NCBI GenBank assembly: GCA_964057225.1
Contig: OZ059900.1
Span: forward strand, 26,598,001 to 26,662,000
DNA: 64,000 bases
Direction: 5' to 3'
DNA from: Auanema rhodensis
Taxonomy: Eukaryota; Animalia; Nematoda
Below, piece after piece: positions 39,352-48,718 of this stretch (position 1 is its first letter; each line of letters opens with the position of its first letter). The notes beneath the pieces were generated by a model. It was not told where the DNA came from and did no database searches. It saw nothing but the letters and a program-made list of their open reading frames with translations. The position numbers and the translations under genes are program-made.

Positions 39352-39509
39352 ATATGAGATCTATGACTAAGCATATGACTAAGTCTAAGCATGAGATCTA
39401 TGACTAAGCATATGACTAAGTCTAAGCATGAGATCTATGACTAAGCATATGACTAAGTCTAAGCATGAGATATATGACTAAGCATATGACTAAGTCTAAG
39501 CATAAGATC
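39352..39509. repeat. 37-bp telomere-like minisatellite, left part (~4 units)
   Basis: Unit tgagatctatgactaagcatatgactaagtctaagca. Confidence 0.97.
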
Positions 39510-40442
39510 AGTAGAGAGCCGTGCAAAATTTACTAACCACGCCCCCAAACAGCTGTCAAAAACATACATTTGGGGGCGTCAGCTGCTAAAAACATACTTT
39601 TGGGGCGCGTCAGCTGTCAAAAACATATTTTTGAGCGTCAGCTGTTAAAATCATATTTTGGGATCATGGTTCATGGATTTTCCTTTTTTAAATTTAAAAA
39701 TCATGATTTAAAGCATGATTAAAATTTTTTTTTTTAAATCAAATTTAAATATGCTTTTTCAAATGTACTTTAAAAATCATGATTTATAGCATGATTTTTT
39801 TAAAAATTAAATTTTAAATTTGTTTTTTCAAATGTATGTATATGTTTTTAATTATTTTTAAATATATTAAGTGAAAATAAAAATTATAAATTTTAAATAT
39901 ATAAATTTGTTTTTAAATTTTATTTATTTATTTATTTATTATATTTATTAATAATATTTGTTTACTTTTTGTTTATTTTTTATTGTATTGTGTTTGTACT
40001 TTTTTATTTGTATTTTAAAGAACAATAAAATTTTTGCATGTATATCGTTTTGTTCACCGTACTTGTTATGGGTAATTCAATGGAACACATATCAAAAGTT
40101 AATTCGATAAGAACGATATGAAATACAAAATTTAATGGAACACATATCGAAGATTAATTCGATAAGAACGATATGAAATACCAAAATTTAATGGAACACA
40201 TATCGAAGGTTAATTCGATAAGAACGACATTAAATTATTAATTTTTGAAATTACAAATTGTTATTAATTATATTTATTCTAACAAGTAAAAGTTTCAAAT
40301 TAAAAGAAAAGATTAGTTTTAAACTTTATCTTACTAATATAACAATACAATAACTAAATAGAGTACACATTGAAGGTAAATACAATATATATACAATATA
40401 CAAGATTAACAAACAGTTGCGCTGACCTCAACGCCACGCATA
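39510..40442 (+). repeat. Maverick left TIR (~930 bp)
   Basis: Reverse complement of 54074-55081 from agtagagagccgtgcaaaatttactaaccacg to gttgcgctgacctcaa, with substitutions and indels. Confidence 0.93.
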
Positions 40443-41077
40443 TCGATGGTTAATAAACACTAATAACTGCACTGTGGGGGTTTAAATATAGTATAATCAT
40501 TTTAACATTTCAAATGTTTTAGTTTCGTAATATAATCATTAGTAAATATTCAAGAATGAAATATTTTATTTTGAAATATTCACATATAAAACGTTGGCAG
40601 TCATATGTTTTGTGCTACAATATGGGTGTAAAAGTATACTATAAATAATATATGAGCTATTAAGCAAAGTTTAAAAAGCCTAAATGTTTTACAGAGATGG
40701 CTGTTGTTTATGGCACAAACGGTAAACAATAATGTTTAAAGAGATGTAAAAACTAATTAATATGCAGATTGTTTACAGGTTCAGAGTGCGCCAACTGCTG
40801 GCAACTGTCGACGAGATGAGTATATCTGCATAAATATGCTGTAAAATCTAATTAATAAAAGAATTTCATCAGCAAACTTGATTGTAACACAATGGGTTGT
40901 ACTTTACAAAAATCTTTGTATAAAAGGTTGGCAATTTTGCTACATTTACATTTCAGCTCTGCCAACTATCCGAGGATCCGACGTTTCACCATCTCCTGCC
41001 ACTCTTTGCCAATCGCCATAGACTGCTCCTCTCTGCAAGTTTGCCTTATATTTTAGAAAGTTGGATCTTTAGCGGAA

Positions 41078-41662
41078 ATGAAGCGTGCTGTACTTGCTGA
41101 TGTGACAAATGTTGTGCGCAAATCGCCTGAACCTGAAGTACCACGACCACCCACACCAGCTCCAAATTTCACAAGTTTTGGTATGAACCTTAACTTGTAT
41201 TTTTTAAATCTTTAATTTAGATTCACCAATAAAGCAGATGGAGATTCTGAGAGAGAGCACTCCACCAAGGAGTGTATTAATGAGACCAATTTGTCTCTGC
41301 AAAACTTGTAGGGAATCATTGCAGGTTATAGACGAGTATCACTGTTTCAGCCTCTGTATAAAGTGTAGAGGAAGGAATGATGCGTTGGGTCTTTTGAAGG
41401 AGTTTCGTCACTATAAGCCCGAAAACTTTTCTATTAATGTAAGCTTGCATATTTATTTATTTTCAATTTTATCATTTTTTAGATGCGCTCTTATAACACC
41501 ATGACGTGCAAGCAATTGTTGAACAATATGGGCTATATTGTTATATATGCAGATGAGGCTACTATAAAGACTTTTGGTTATAAGCAGAATGTATTCTACT
41601 TTAAACTAAGTCCAGAAGCACTCAACCTGAACATGTTTATCCGCTTTGATCCTTCATTTTGA
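41078..41662 (+). CDS. Maverick accessory protein, 3 exons (41078-41180, 41221-41438, 41483-41662), 166 aa, N-terminal D-box-like motif and Cys pairs
   Basis: GT-AG introns give an uninterrupted frame MKRAVLADVTNVVRKSPEPEVPRPPTP...DSPIK...STPPR...CLCKTC...CIKC...FDPSF*. Confidence 0.7.
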
Positions 41663-41955
41663 CTACAACAAGCACAAATAGTACAATTGGCGTTTTATTC
41701 TTGTTTTGTTATGTGGCATTTTTATATTCTCAGCCGTAACATTTTTTTTCCAGCACTTGCGAATATCCATCAATGGCTCATCAATTGAGGACGAATGATC
41801 AACCAACTGGTAAGAATTTGAAAATTTGAATAGTCTACACTTTTTTTTTGCAGGTTGAATTGTTGTTTGTATTTTGCTGGTTTTTTATTGTTACATTATG
41901 CGATATATCAAATAAATCATTTATTATAATTACAATTGTTCATAACATTGAAAAG

Positions 41956-43074
41956 TTATACATTTAAATTTTCTGCATCTATCCATTCATTAAAGTTGTC
42001 GGGATATCCACTTCATTTTACAAATACTTGACGTTTACCGCTTCGAGTACGCTCTTTTAAAACTTTTTCTATATAGTACTGGTTGCTTTTATTAGTAGCC
42101 AAGACAAGTTCAGGTTCGTAGAATATTCCCTTTATACGTTCACCATTATAATCTACAAGTTTATACACGGTTGGGTTTCCGGTTACAACCTCATCAATTG
42201 TGAATAGCTCCATTGTATATCCAGACTCGTAGCTTTTTTCAAAAGTACGCCTATTTTTGCTTATGCGAACAGTATCACCAATTTTAAAGCGGCTTTTAAC
42301 AGCTGTTGCATATTCTTCAATGAATATATTTGCTTTAACATCAATGGACCGCATTTTTATGGAGCGGTTATAAGATTTGTTTATTCCTTCAACCAAATCA
42401 TCTAGGATATCAATCCAACGATGATTATTCTTGTAATAGAGATATTTCATCATGCGGGTTTTTAAAGTTCTATTTGCTTGCTCCACCATTGCAGCCTTTT
42501 GTGGTGAACTTGTAGATCCGTGCAGTATGGCAAACTTTTTGAATAGTTTTTCACAATGACTATTATAAAACTCTGTGCCATTATCAGTAATCAACTGAAT
42601 TGGTATAAAATTCTTGAATAAACTTTCAAATGCATTAGCAACCTCTATACCACCTTTAGTTTTCAGAGGCCTAACATATAACATGCGTGTATAAACATCA
42701 ATCATGGTCAACATGTAAGCATAGCCGTCGTTTAATTTTTTATATTTTTGCATATCAACCAAATCTGCTTGCACTGTTAGAAATCGACCACATCCTCTAG
42801 TCTTTCTAGTCTGCATACGCATTCTGGTTGGTTTAAGCCGTGTAAAAGTTTCAGAATCTTGCAAAAAATCATCAACTTGTACCTTTGAAATGCCATGTTT
42901 TCGTGCTTGCGATAATAAATTCTTGGCTGATGTATATGAAGCTGGATGTTTTATAACGTAATAAATGCTCGCCAAAATATCATTTCCATAATCTAATGTA
43001 GAACCTTTTACGACCTTGGCCATTCTGTGAGTCTCCTTCTTGTGGTGTGTAATATGATTCGGCGGCAGTATCAA
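41956..43074 (-). pseudogene. Maverick retroviral-like (rve) integrase with C-terminal chromodomain broken by TGA
   Basis: QADLVDM / ITDNGTEF / MVEQANRTLK DDE triad. Reading through the stop at 42013-42015 gives YYIEKVL...VFVK*SGYPDNFNEWIDAENL, a chromodomain with W replaced by a stop. Confidence 0.92.
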
Positions 43075-43696
43075 AAGTCTTTGACCTTTTACTTTTGAGT
43101 GTACGAACCGGTGATGGTGAATATCGAATAACAGCTTTACGATGACGAGGCGTTCTAGGTAATATAGTAGAGTCCAAGTCTGTAACAGCCGGTTCAGCTC
43201 TAGTTACAACGTCAACTGGATCATTGTCAGCCGACTCTCTTCTAGTTTGTTTCTTGTTAGAACTAGGTACGCCTTTACTGGCTAAAAACTTTGACAAGAC
43301 TGAAAATCCATTGGGCTCCGTTTTTGTTTTATCCAATACAAAATCTAAAATTTTTGTAATATCGGTGTTTGGTACAGCCTCATTATTAATCACAAGTTGA
43401 TTACTCTTGTTTGTGCGCACCTCTGGAAATTTATCCCACAAATTGTTATACTTTCTTGGCAACTTGTATTCGGGCAATAGAGGTGGATCAGCATTTTCCA
43501 CTTGTACTGATATGGGCGCATCTATACTTTCTCTATAGTTTTTGAGACGAGCAATCAAGTCTTCGTATAGTTCAGCCTTTTTATAGTCGGGTATAGCTTT
43601 ATTTTCTCGTAAAAGCTTGAGCTCTGCATCAAACTTGTCTATACTAATTGTTTCCTCGTCGACAGGAATTAGTCGATATTTATGGTTGAGCTTCAT
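42980..43696 (-). CDS. Maverick hypothetical (core-like) protein, 238 aa
   Basis: Open ORF overlapping its neighbours in operon-like fashion; basic C-terminus with QNGQG. Confidence 0.75.
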   Translation of the reverse strand: MKLNHKYRLIPVDEETISIDKFDAELKLLRENKAIPDYKKAELYEDLIARLKNYRESIDAPISVQVENADPPLLPEYKLPRKYNNLWDKFPEVRTNKSNQLVINNEAVPNTDITKILDFVLDKTKTEPNGFSVLSKFLASKGVPSSNKKQTRRESADNDPVDVVTRAEPAVTDLDSTILPRTPRHRKAVIRYSPSPVRTLKSKRSKTFDTAAESYYTPQEGDSQNGQGRKRFYIRLWK

Positions 43697-44001
43697 GATT
43701 TAAAACCAAAATAGGCAATACCACATGTAACTATTGTTTTTAATTGTTTGTGTGAAAGCGTTGCCAATAATGATTTAGCCTTTTCCGGTGTGTGTATCAA
43801 AGCTATTTGACGTAATAATGAAGATATGGGCAAGAGGGTTTTATATTCCTTGTTAGTTAAAAGAAAATTATTATTTTTCACAATATTAAATACAATTTCA
43901 ACAATAGTTTCAATTTGTGCAAAAGAAAATGAGGAAACAGAACAAGGAGTTTTGGCGCAAGAAGACAAAAAGTTGAAATTTGACAAAATACGACCACTCA
44001 T
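43693..44001 (-). CDS. Small conserved Polinton protein, 102 aa
   Basis: The QIETIVEIVFNIVKNN..LT..EYKTL..LLRQIA pattern resembles the small Polinton ORF that follows the ATPase. ATGA overlap with the next gene. Confidence 0.65.
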   Translation of the reverse strand: MSGRILSNFNFLSSCAKTPCSVSSFSFAQIETIVEIVFNIVKNNNFLLTNKEYKTLLPISSLLRQIALIHTPEKAKSLLATLSHKQLKTIVTCGIAYFGFKS

Positions 44002-44013
44002 TGAACAAGCACT

Positions 44014-44659
44014 TTAAACACTAAACACATTTCTGGCAACATAAACAATAGGGTTCTCCGCTGTTATATCAGATAGTATATGCCGCTTCTCACTTGTTAA
44101 AGGATGATTGTCAATCAGTAAATGACTATAGGGAGTAGACATTGCATCATCATACGCCTCTAGAGCATTTTTGAAACGTGGCCCAAATAATTGCTGCAGA
44201 CAATTACGTATTTGTAATATATCTGAATGACTTTTCATCAGTATTATATATGTACTATTGATTCGACTGGTCCTGTCCAGTTGAAATGCCGCTTGCACAA
44301 GATTAAACACTGACCAAATTCCAGTGATGAGCCCATACTGTAAAAATGTTGTTGAGTAATTCTTTTGCTGCTTTATTCGATGAAAAAAAGTTCATCAAAT
44401 CATCCAGCACTAGTATAGTATTTACTCCCTTTTGTTCTTTTATCAAATCAGGATCAGGAGGCCCTTGAATATTTATTAAACGCTCATCATTTATTGGTAC
44501 ACCTGATGACCCACATTGACTGAACCAGAATATTCTATCAATGGGGACGTTGAAAAACTTTTCAGTATTTTCACATATGTGCTTTATGGGGGTTGTTTTA
44601 CCGCATTGGGTAGCACCTATTACAGTTGTCTGACTGGGTAGTTTGAACCTAAAATGCAA
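44014..44659 (-). pseudogene. A32/FtsK-HerA-type packaging ATPase, frameshifted
   Basis: Walker A GATQCGKT and Walker B ILVLDD in the first ORF; LVQ and SRINSTY motifs in the second. Frameshift at ~44310; start also appears damaged. Confidence 0.92.
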
Positions 44660-44705
44660 ATGATTTCATTTGCAATAGTGTACACGTATCAAGTGGTGGT
44701 TTGTC

Positions 44706-45563
44706 ATGGATGATTTTTACATTACTCTTCCATCATCAGTTGACTCTGAAAAAAGTAATACATCATCAGTGTTTCTTACCAGATTACCTGAAACACTAAG
44801 GCTACGCAATAATAGATATTGCATTGGGCTGACAGACATCATTTTTCCTTGTTCTATATTAAATGTTCAAAAAGATTTATCTTATACACTACGTTTTTCC
44901 AATAGAAAATTTATTCTACACTTGCCTAAAGGCAACTATGCAAATGGTGATAAAATAATACGCGGAATCAATGCTGGAACAGAATTATTTATCGCCAACA
45001 ATACAAAGCCTCTTGGAGCTGAGGAAGAAGCACGTATAAAAAGTTTAATAGATAAAGATGAAGATGTAAAAAAATGGTATAATAATCGCCAGGCTGAGGC
45101 TAAGCTAGTGGAGGAAATGCTCGCAGACGCCACATTTCAGTTTAACAAAACATTGCAGCGCATAGAGTTTGTAACAAGCAAGCGACTATTAATGAATGCA
45201 ACGCTTGGTGATGATTTTGCATATTTTCTTGGTTTTGAAAATAAAAACATCAACGATACAATAATAGCCAGGCGTCCCATTGATTTTTCAAATAACATTA
45301 ATACAATGTATATATATTGTGATATTGTAGAATATCCCATTCTTGGTAATGTGAAAGCTAATTTACTTGCATGTTTACCTGTACCACCTCCTACTGAATT
45401 TGGTAAAATGATTGCCAAAACATTTAATCCTATTCGTTATGTACCAATCACTAGACAAACACTCGATACCATACGTATTGAAATTTTAGATGAATTTGGT
45501 CGTCCTATGCAATTTAATTATGGTTCTACAGTTGTTACATTGCATGTTAAAAATATGAAATAA
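44706..45563 (+). CDS. Minor capsid protein (penton, single jelly roll), 285 aa
   Basis: Polinton penton pattern FYITLPS..NT.S.F.T.LP, YIYCDIV, YVP..DTIRIEI.DE.G, VVTLH. Confidence 0.85.
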   Translation: MDDFYITLPSSVDSEKSNTSSVFLTRLPETLRLRNNRYCIGLTDIIFPCSILNVQKDLSYTLRFSNRKFILHLPKGNYANGDKIIRGINAGTELFIANNTKPLGAEEEARIKSLIDKDEDVKKWYNNRQAEAKLVEEMLADATFQFNKTLQRIEFVTSKRLLMNATLGDDFAYFLGFENKNINDTIIARRPIDFSNNINTMYIYCDIVEYPILGNVKANLLACLPVPPPTEFGKMIAKTFNPIRYVPITRQTLDTIRIEILDEFGRPMQFNYGSTVVTLHVKNMK

Positions 45564-45568
45564 ACGTT

Positions 45569-46063
45569 TTATTCAACAGTTATACAATACCACATTTTTA
45601 TTTTCGAAGGTTTAAAAGATAGTTTAGGGCAGTTTTTTTTGTCGCTCGGCTCGTGTTGTGAATGTTCTCCGTCATTATTGCTGCGGCATCTTTTTGATTG
45701 GGTTGAATGTACAAACTCCTCAGCTTTTTCAAAGGGTTTGCTGGTATCATTTCCATCACCATCTTCACCATTCGTTCCATTATTATTATGAATACGCCGA
45801 ATATGACGCTCACAATTGAATCTTGTTCCAAAAGTTTCACTACAATGAGGGCACAAACGTCTACGAACACCATCCAAATGTCCATATTTTTGAATAAAAT
45901 CAGCATTGCTGATATAATTGTTACATATGGGTTGAATCCCTGCATGTCTTTTCAAAACGTGATCACTAAAATGCTTGGTTGAATAAAATATTTCCTTGCA
46001 TGTACCACAATATTTGTTACATAAAAGTTCCATTAGAGGAAAATGAAAAACGACCACACGCAA
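45569..46063 (-). CDS. Two-finger C2H2 zinc-finger protein
   Basis: CGTCKEIFYSTKHFSDHVLKRH and CPHCSETFGTRFNCERHIRRIH. Confidence 0.7.
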   Translation of the reverse strand: MRVVVFHFPLMELLCNKYCGTCKEIFYSTKHFSDHVLKRHAGIQPICNNYISNADFIQKYGHLDGVRRRLCPHCSETFGTRFNCERHIRRIHNNNGTNGEDGDGNDTSKPFEKAEEFVHSTQSKRCRSNNDGEHSQHEPSDKKNCPKLSFKPSKIKMWYCITVE

Positions 46064-46286
46064 TCAACCCACTTTTATATAATGAGCAATAATATGACTA
46101 GTGTTGTACAAAAGCCCAATCCCAATGCTATACCTTTAATAAATGGCACTGAAATACATTTCAACATTCTCCTGTATAAAGGCGCTGGTTTAGATTGCTC
46201 CAACGTGTATTTGACACATAATTCACAGTGACAAGGAATATTCATAACTGATCACGTAATGTAGCAGGTTATTAATGACAAATTTC

Positions 46287-46829
46287 TTATATAGTAGCCA
46301 ATTTATAGTCGAATACTTTATGCATAAAAGCTTTAATAAAGAAATCATCATTTTTCAATAGTTTAAAAAATGAACAAATGCTTTCAAATGAATTACCAGC
46401 CGACAACATTAGTATTACAAATACCACATAGCCACCACAAGTGTATTCAATTAAACGTTGTGGTTTGCAAGTATTAATTTTTACCTTTTTATATTTGGCC
46501 AGATAATTTTGAATGTACTTGTTCATTTTATATCCCAAGCTACAGAAAAAATAGGCTTGCTTGTTACGGACAAAGATGACCTGCCAATGTGTGCCTGGCT
46601 TATCATGTGTGTCAGTATTTACGACAAGTGCAAAGTTTTTACGACGCGTTTTGGGTAGAGGATCAGCGCTATATACACCGAGGAATAGTTTCCAAGTGCT
46701 GGAGACAGATTGCAACAGTGATACTATTTCAGACAAATACATTTTAGTTGAATGATCTAGTGTAACTTTTGTATTGCGCGCGTGCGGTTCGATATGCCGC
46801 ACCTCTTTTTGGATGTCAACTCTATTCAA
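46287..46829 (-). CDS. Adenain-like cysteine maturation protease
   Basis: FLGVYSAD, VVNTD..PGTHW (His), PQ....TCG (oxyanion Gln, catalytic Cys). True start probably at MYLSEI. Confidence 0.9.
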   Translation of the reverse strand: MNRVDIQKEVRHIEPHARNTKVTLDHSTKMYLSEIVSLLQSVSSTWKLFLGVYSADPLPKTRRKNFALVVNTDTHDKPGTHWQVIFVRNKQAYFFCSLGYKMNKYIQNYLAKYKKVKINTCKPQRLIEYTCGGYVVFVILMLSAGNSFESICSFFKLLKNDDFFIKAFMHKVFDYKLATI

Positions 46830-47189
46830 TGGACAACACTTTTAAATCAACAAATGGGTGGCGCCCCATTTAGCGGAATGATGTTTCAACGTGGAATGCA
46901 GAGGGGTCATGGTTTGGGTGGTATTTTGGCAACTTTGGCATCATTTCTGCCACGCATCATTCAATCACCTATAGCCCAAAATCTCATCAATGCCGGAAGA
47001 AACGCTGTATCCAGTGCTGTAAGCAATAGTCCAGTTGTAAATTCACCTCTTGGCGGACAGTTGCTGAAAACTGGTAATGAAATTGTCAATGGGGTGCTGA
47101 AAGGCGATAATATCAAGGAAACTCTTAAAACAGCCGGCCGCCAAGCTATACGAGATCTTACCGGCTTGGGCAAACGGCGACGACGTTAA
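46794..47189 (+). CDS. Gly-rich conserved Polinton core protein
   Basis: QMGG..FSG..FQRG..QRGHGLGGIL motif, amphipathic helices, basic tail GKRRRR, located directly upstream of MCP. Confidence 0.75.
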   Translation: MPHLFLDVNSIQWTTLLNQQMGGAPFSGMMFQRGMQRGHGLGGILATLASFLPRIIQSPIAQNLINAGRNAVSSAVSNSPVVNSPLGGQLLKTGNEIVNGVLKGDNIKETLKTAGRQAIRDLTGLGKRRRR

Positions 47190-47246
47190 ACCACAAAACC
47201 TCATAAGCGGTTGTGCATCACTCGGGAGCGGTCGTTTCAGATTTAA

Positions 47247-48581
47247 ATGGCTAAATTGATAGATTCAAAATCAGCACAAGCCCTTTTACCTAATATCAAC
47301 TATGGTGATATACCAGCGTCGGCATTAGGTGTAGAGTCTACTCGTACTGTACAAGTCCCTTTGAAAAATACTTTTCTTCCTCAAGGACCATGGGAATTTG
47401 TTATAGCTCAAAATTCCAAATCATTCCTCAATCTGAAAAGATGTTGGTTGAATGTAAAATTTAAAATTGTAACCACAAACGGTGATCCAGTACCAGACAA
47501 CCTTGTTTTTGCACCATGTCAACAATTTGCTGCCAGTTTAATACATTCGTATCATTTGAAAATTGGCGATGTTAGCGTGTATGACTCTACCGTGAATCAT
47601 GCCTATAAAACATATATCGAGAATATTTTAATGTATAGCAACGATGTTAAAGAGAGCAAACTTGCCATATCAGGCTATTATGCTGATAGATATATAGATA
47701 ATGCATCCAATGCTGGATTTAGAACGCGTCAAACGCTTGTAAAAAATGGCATATTATGTGAGATGGCTGCTCCCGTCAGTATCGACCTATTTAATCAAGA
47801 GCGACTGTTTGTAAACTATTCAAAAATGGAGCTAACTGCATATCCAAACCGTGATAACTTTTTAATTGACACTCTAGGCTGGAATAATGAAAACAAGGAT
47901 ACTACATTAAAGGAGGAGTTTCCAAATTTGAAAGTAGATATCAGCGGTGTACATTTGCTCATTCAAGAGTTTGATCTAAACGCTGGATTAGCTATGGCTA
48001 TAGAAGATAAACTCGCAAAGGATCGAATACACTACCCCATGACATCAGTGAAAATGCGCTCTTATTTCATAGAAGGAGGCCGCTTGGATTCACCTAATAA
48101 TATATTATTCACGTCTCATACACCAAAACGTGTTGTAGTAGGTCTTGTTGGCGCACACGCCTATAATGGTACTTTTAAACATTCGCCATTCAACTTTAAA
48201 CCGTTTGATTTGAAAAATATATACTTGACGCTCAACAATAGGGTAACACCTACCCGTCCTTATAATTTCGAATGGCGATCTTCCTATGCCACAGCATATA
48301 TTGACATGCTCGAAGGTTTGGGACTTGGTCGTACAGATTCATCCAATGGTATTACACCAGCAATGTATAAAGCTGGTTTCACATTTTTTGTATTTGATAT
48401 TTCTCCTACTGTGCATTCGTCAGAGTTATTTGATGTTATACGACAAGGTAATGTAGCCTTGAAATTGGAATTTGGTCAACAAACGCCGCAAGAGGGCTTA
48501 TATGCAATTGTTTATGCAGAGTATGACTCTATTCTTTCAATTGACAACAATCGTGCTCCATATATTGATACCAGTTTGTAA
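47247..48581 (+). CDS. Major capsid protein (double jelly roll), 444 aa, intact
   Basis: Size, position and Polinton MCP motifs: AYKTYIE.IL.Y, DLFNQER, PKRVVVGLV..AYNG...SPFNF, GFTFFVFDISP, G.VALKLEF. Confidence 0.9.
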   Translation: MAKLIDSKSAQALLPNINYGDIPASALGVESTRTVQVPLKNTFLPQGPWEFVIAQNSKSFLNLKRCWLNVKFKIVTTNGDPVPDNLVFAPCQQFAASLIHSYHLKIGDVSVYDSTVNHAYKTYIENILMYSNDVKESKLAISGYYADRYIDNASNAGFRTRQTLVKNGILCEMAAPVSIDLFNQERLFVNYSKMELTAYPNRDNFLIDTLGWNNENKDTTLKEEFPNLKVDISGVHLLIQEFDLNAGLAMAIEDKLAKDRIHYPMTSVKMRSYFIEGGRLDSPNNILFTSHTPKRVVVGLVGAHAYNGTFKHSPFNFKPFDLKNIYLTLNNRVTPTRPYNFEWRSSYATAYIDMLEGLGLGRTDSSNGITPAMYKAGFTFFVFDISPTVHSSELFDVIRQGNVALKLEFGQQTPQEGLYAIVYAEYDSILSIDNNRAPYIDTSL

Positions 48582-48718
48582 TGTATGTAATAAATTCTTT
48601 AAAAGATTTAAGAATAAAGTTTATTAATACAACTATTTTTAAAAATAAATACATGTACAATAATAAAATTTTATAAATACAAATATATACAAGATAAAAA
48701 TTTATAAATTCAAATATG

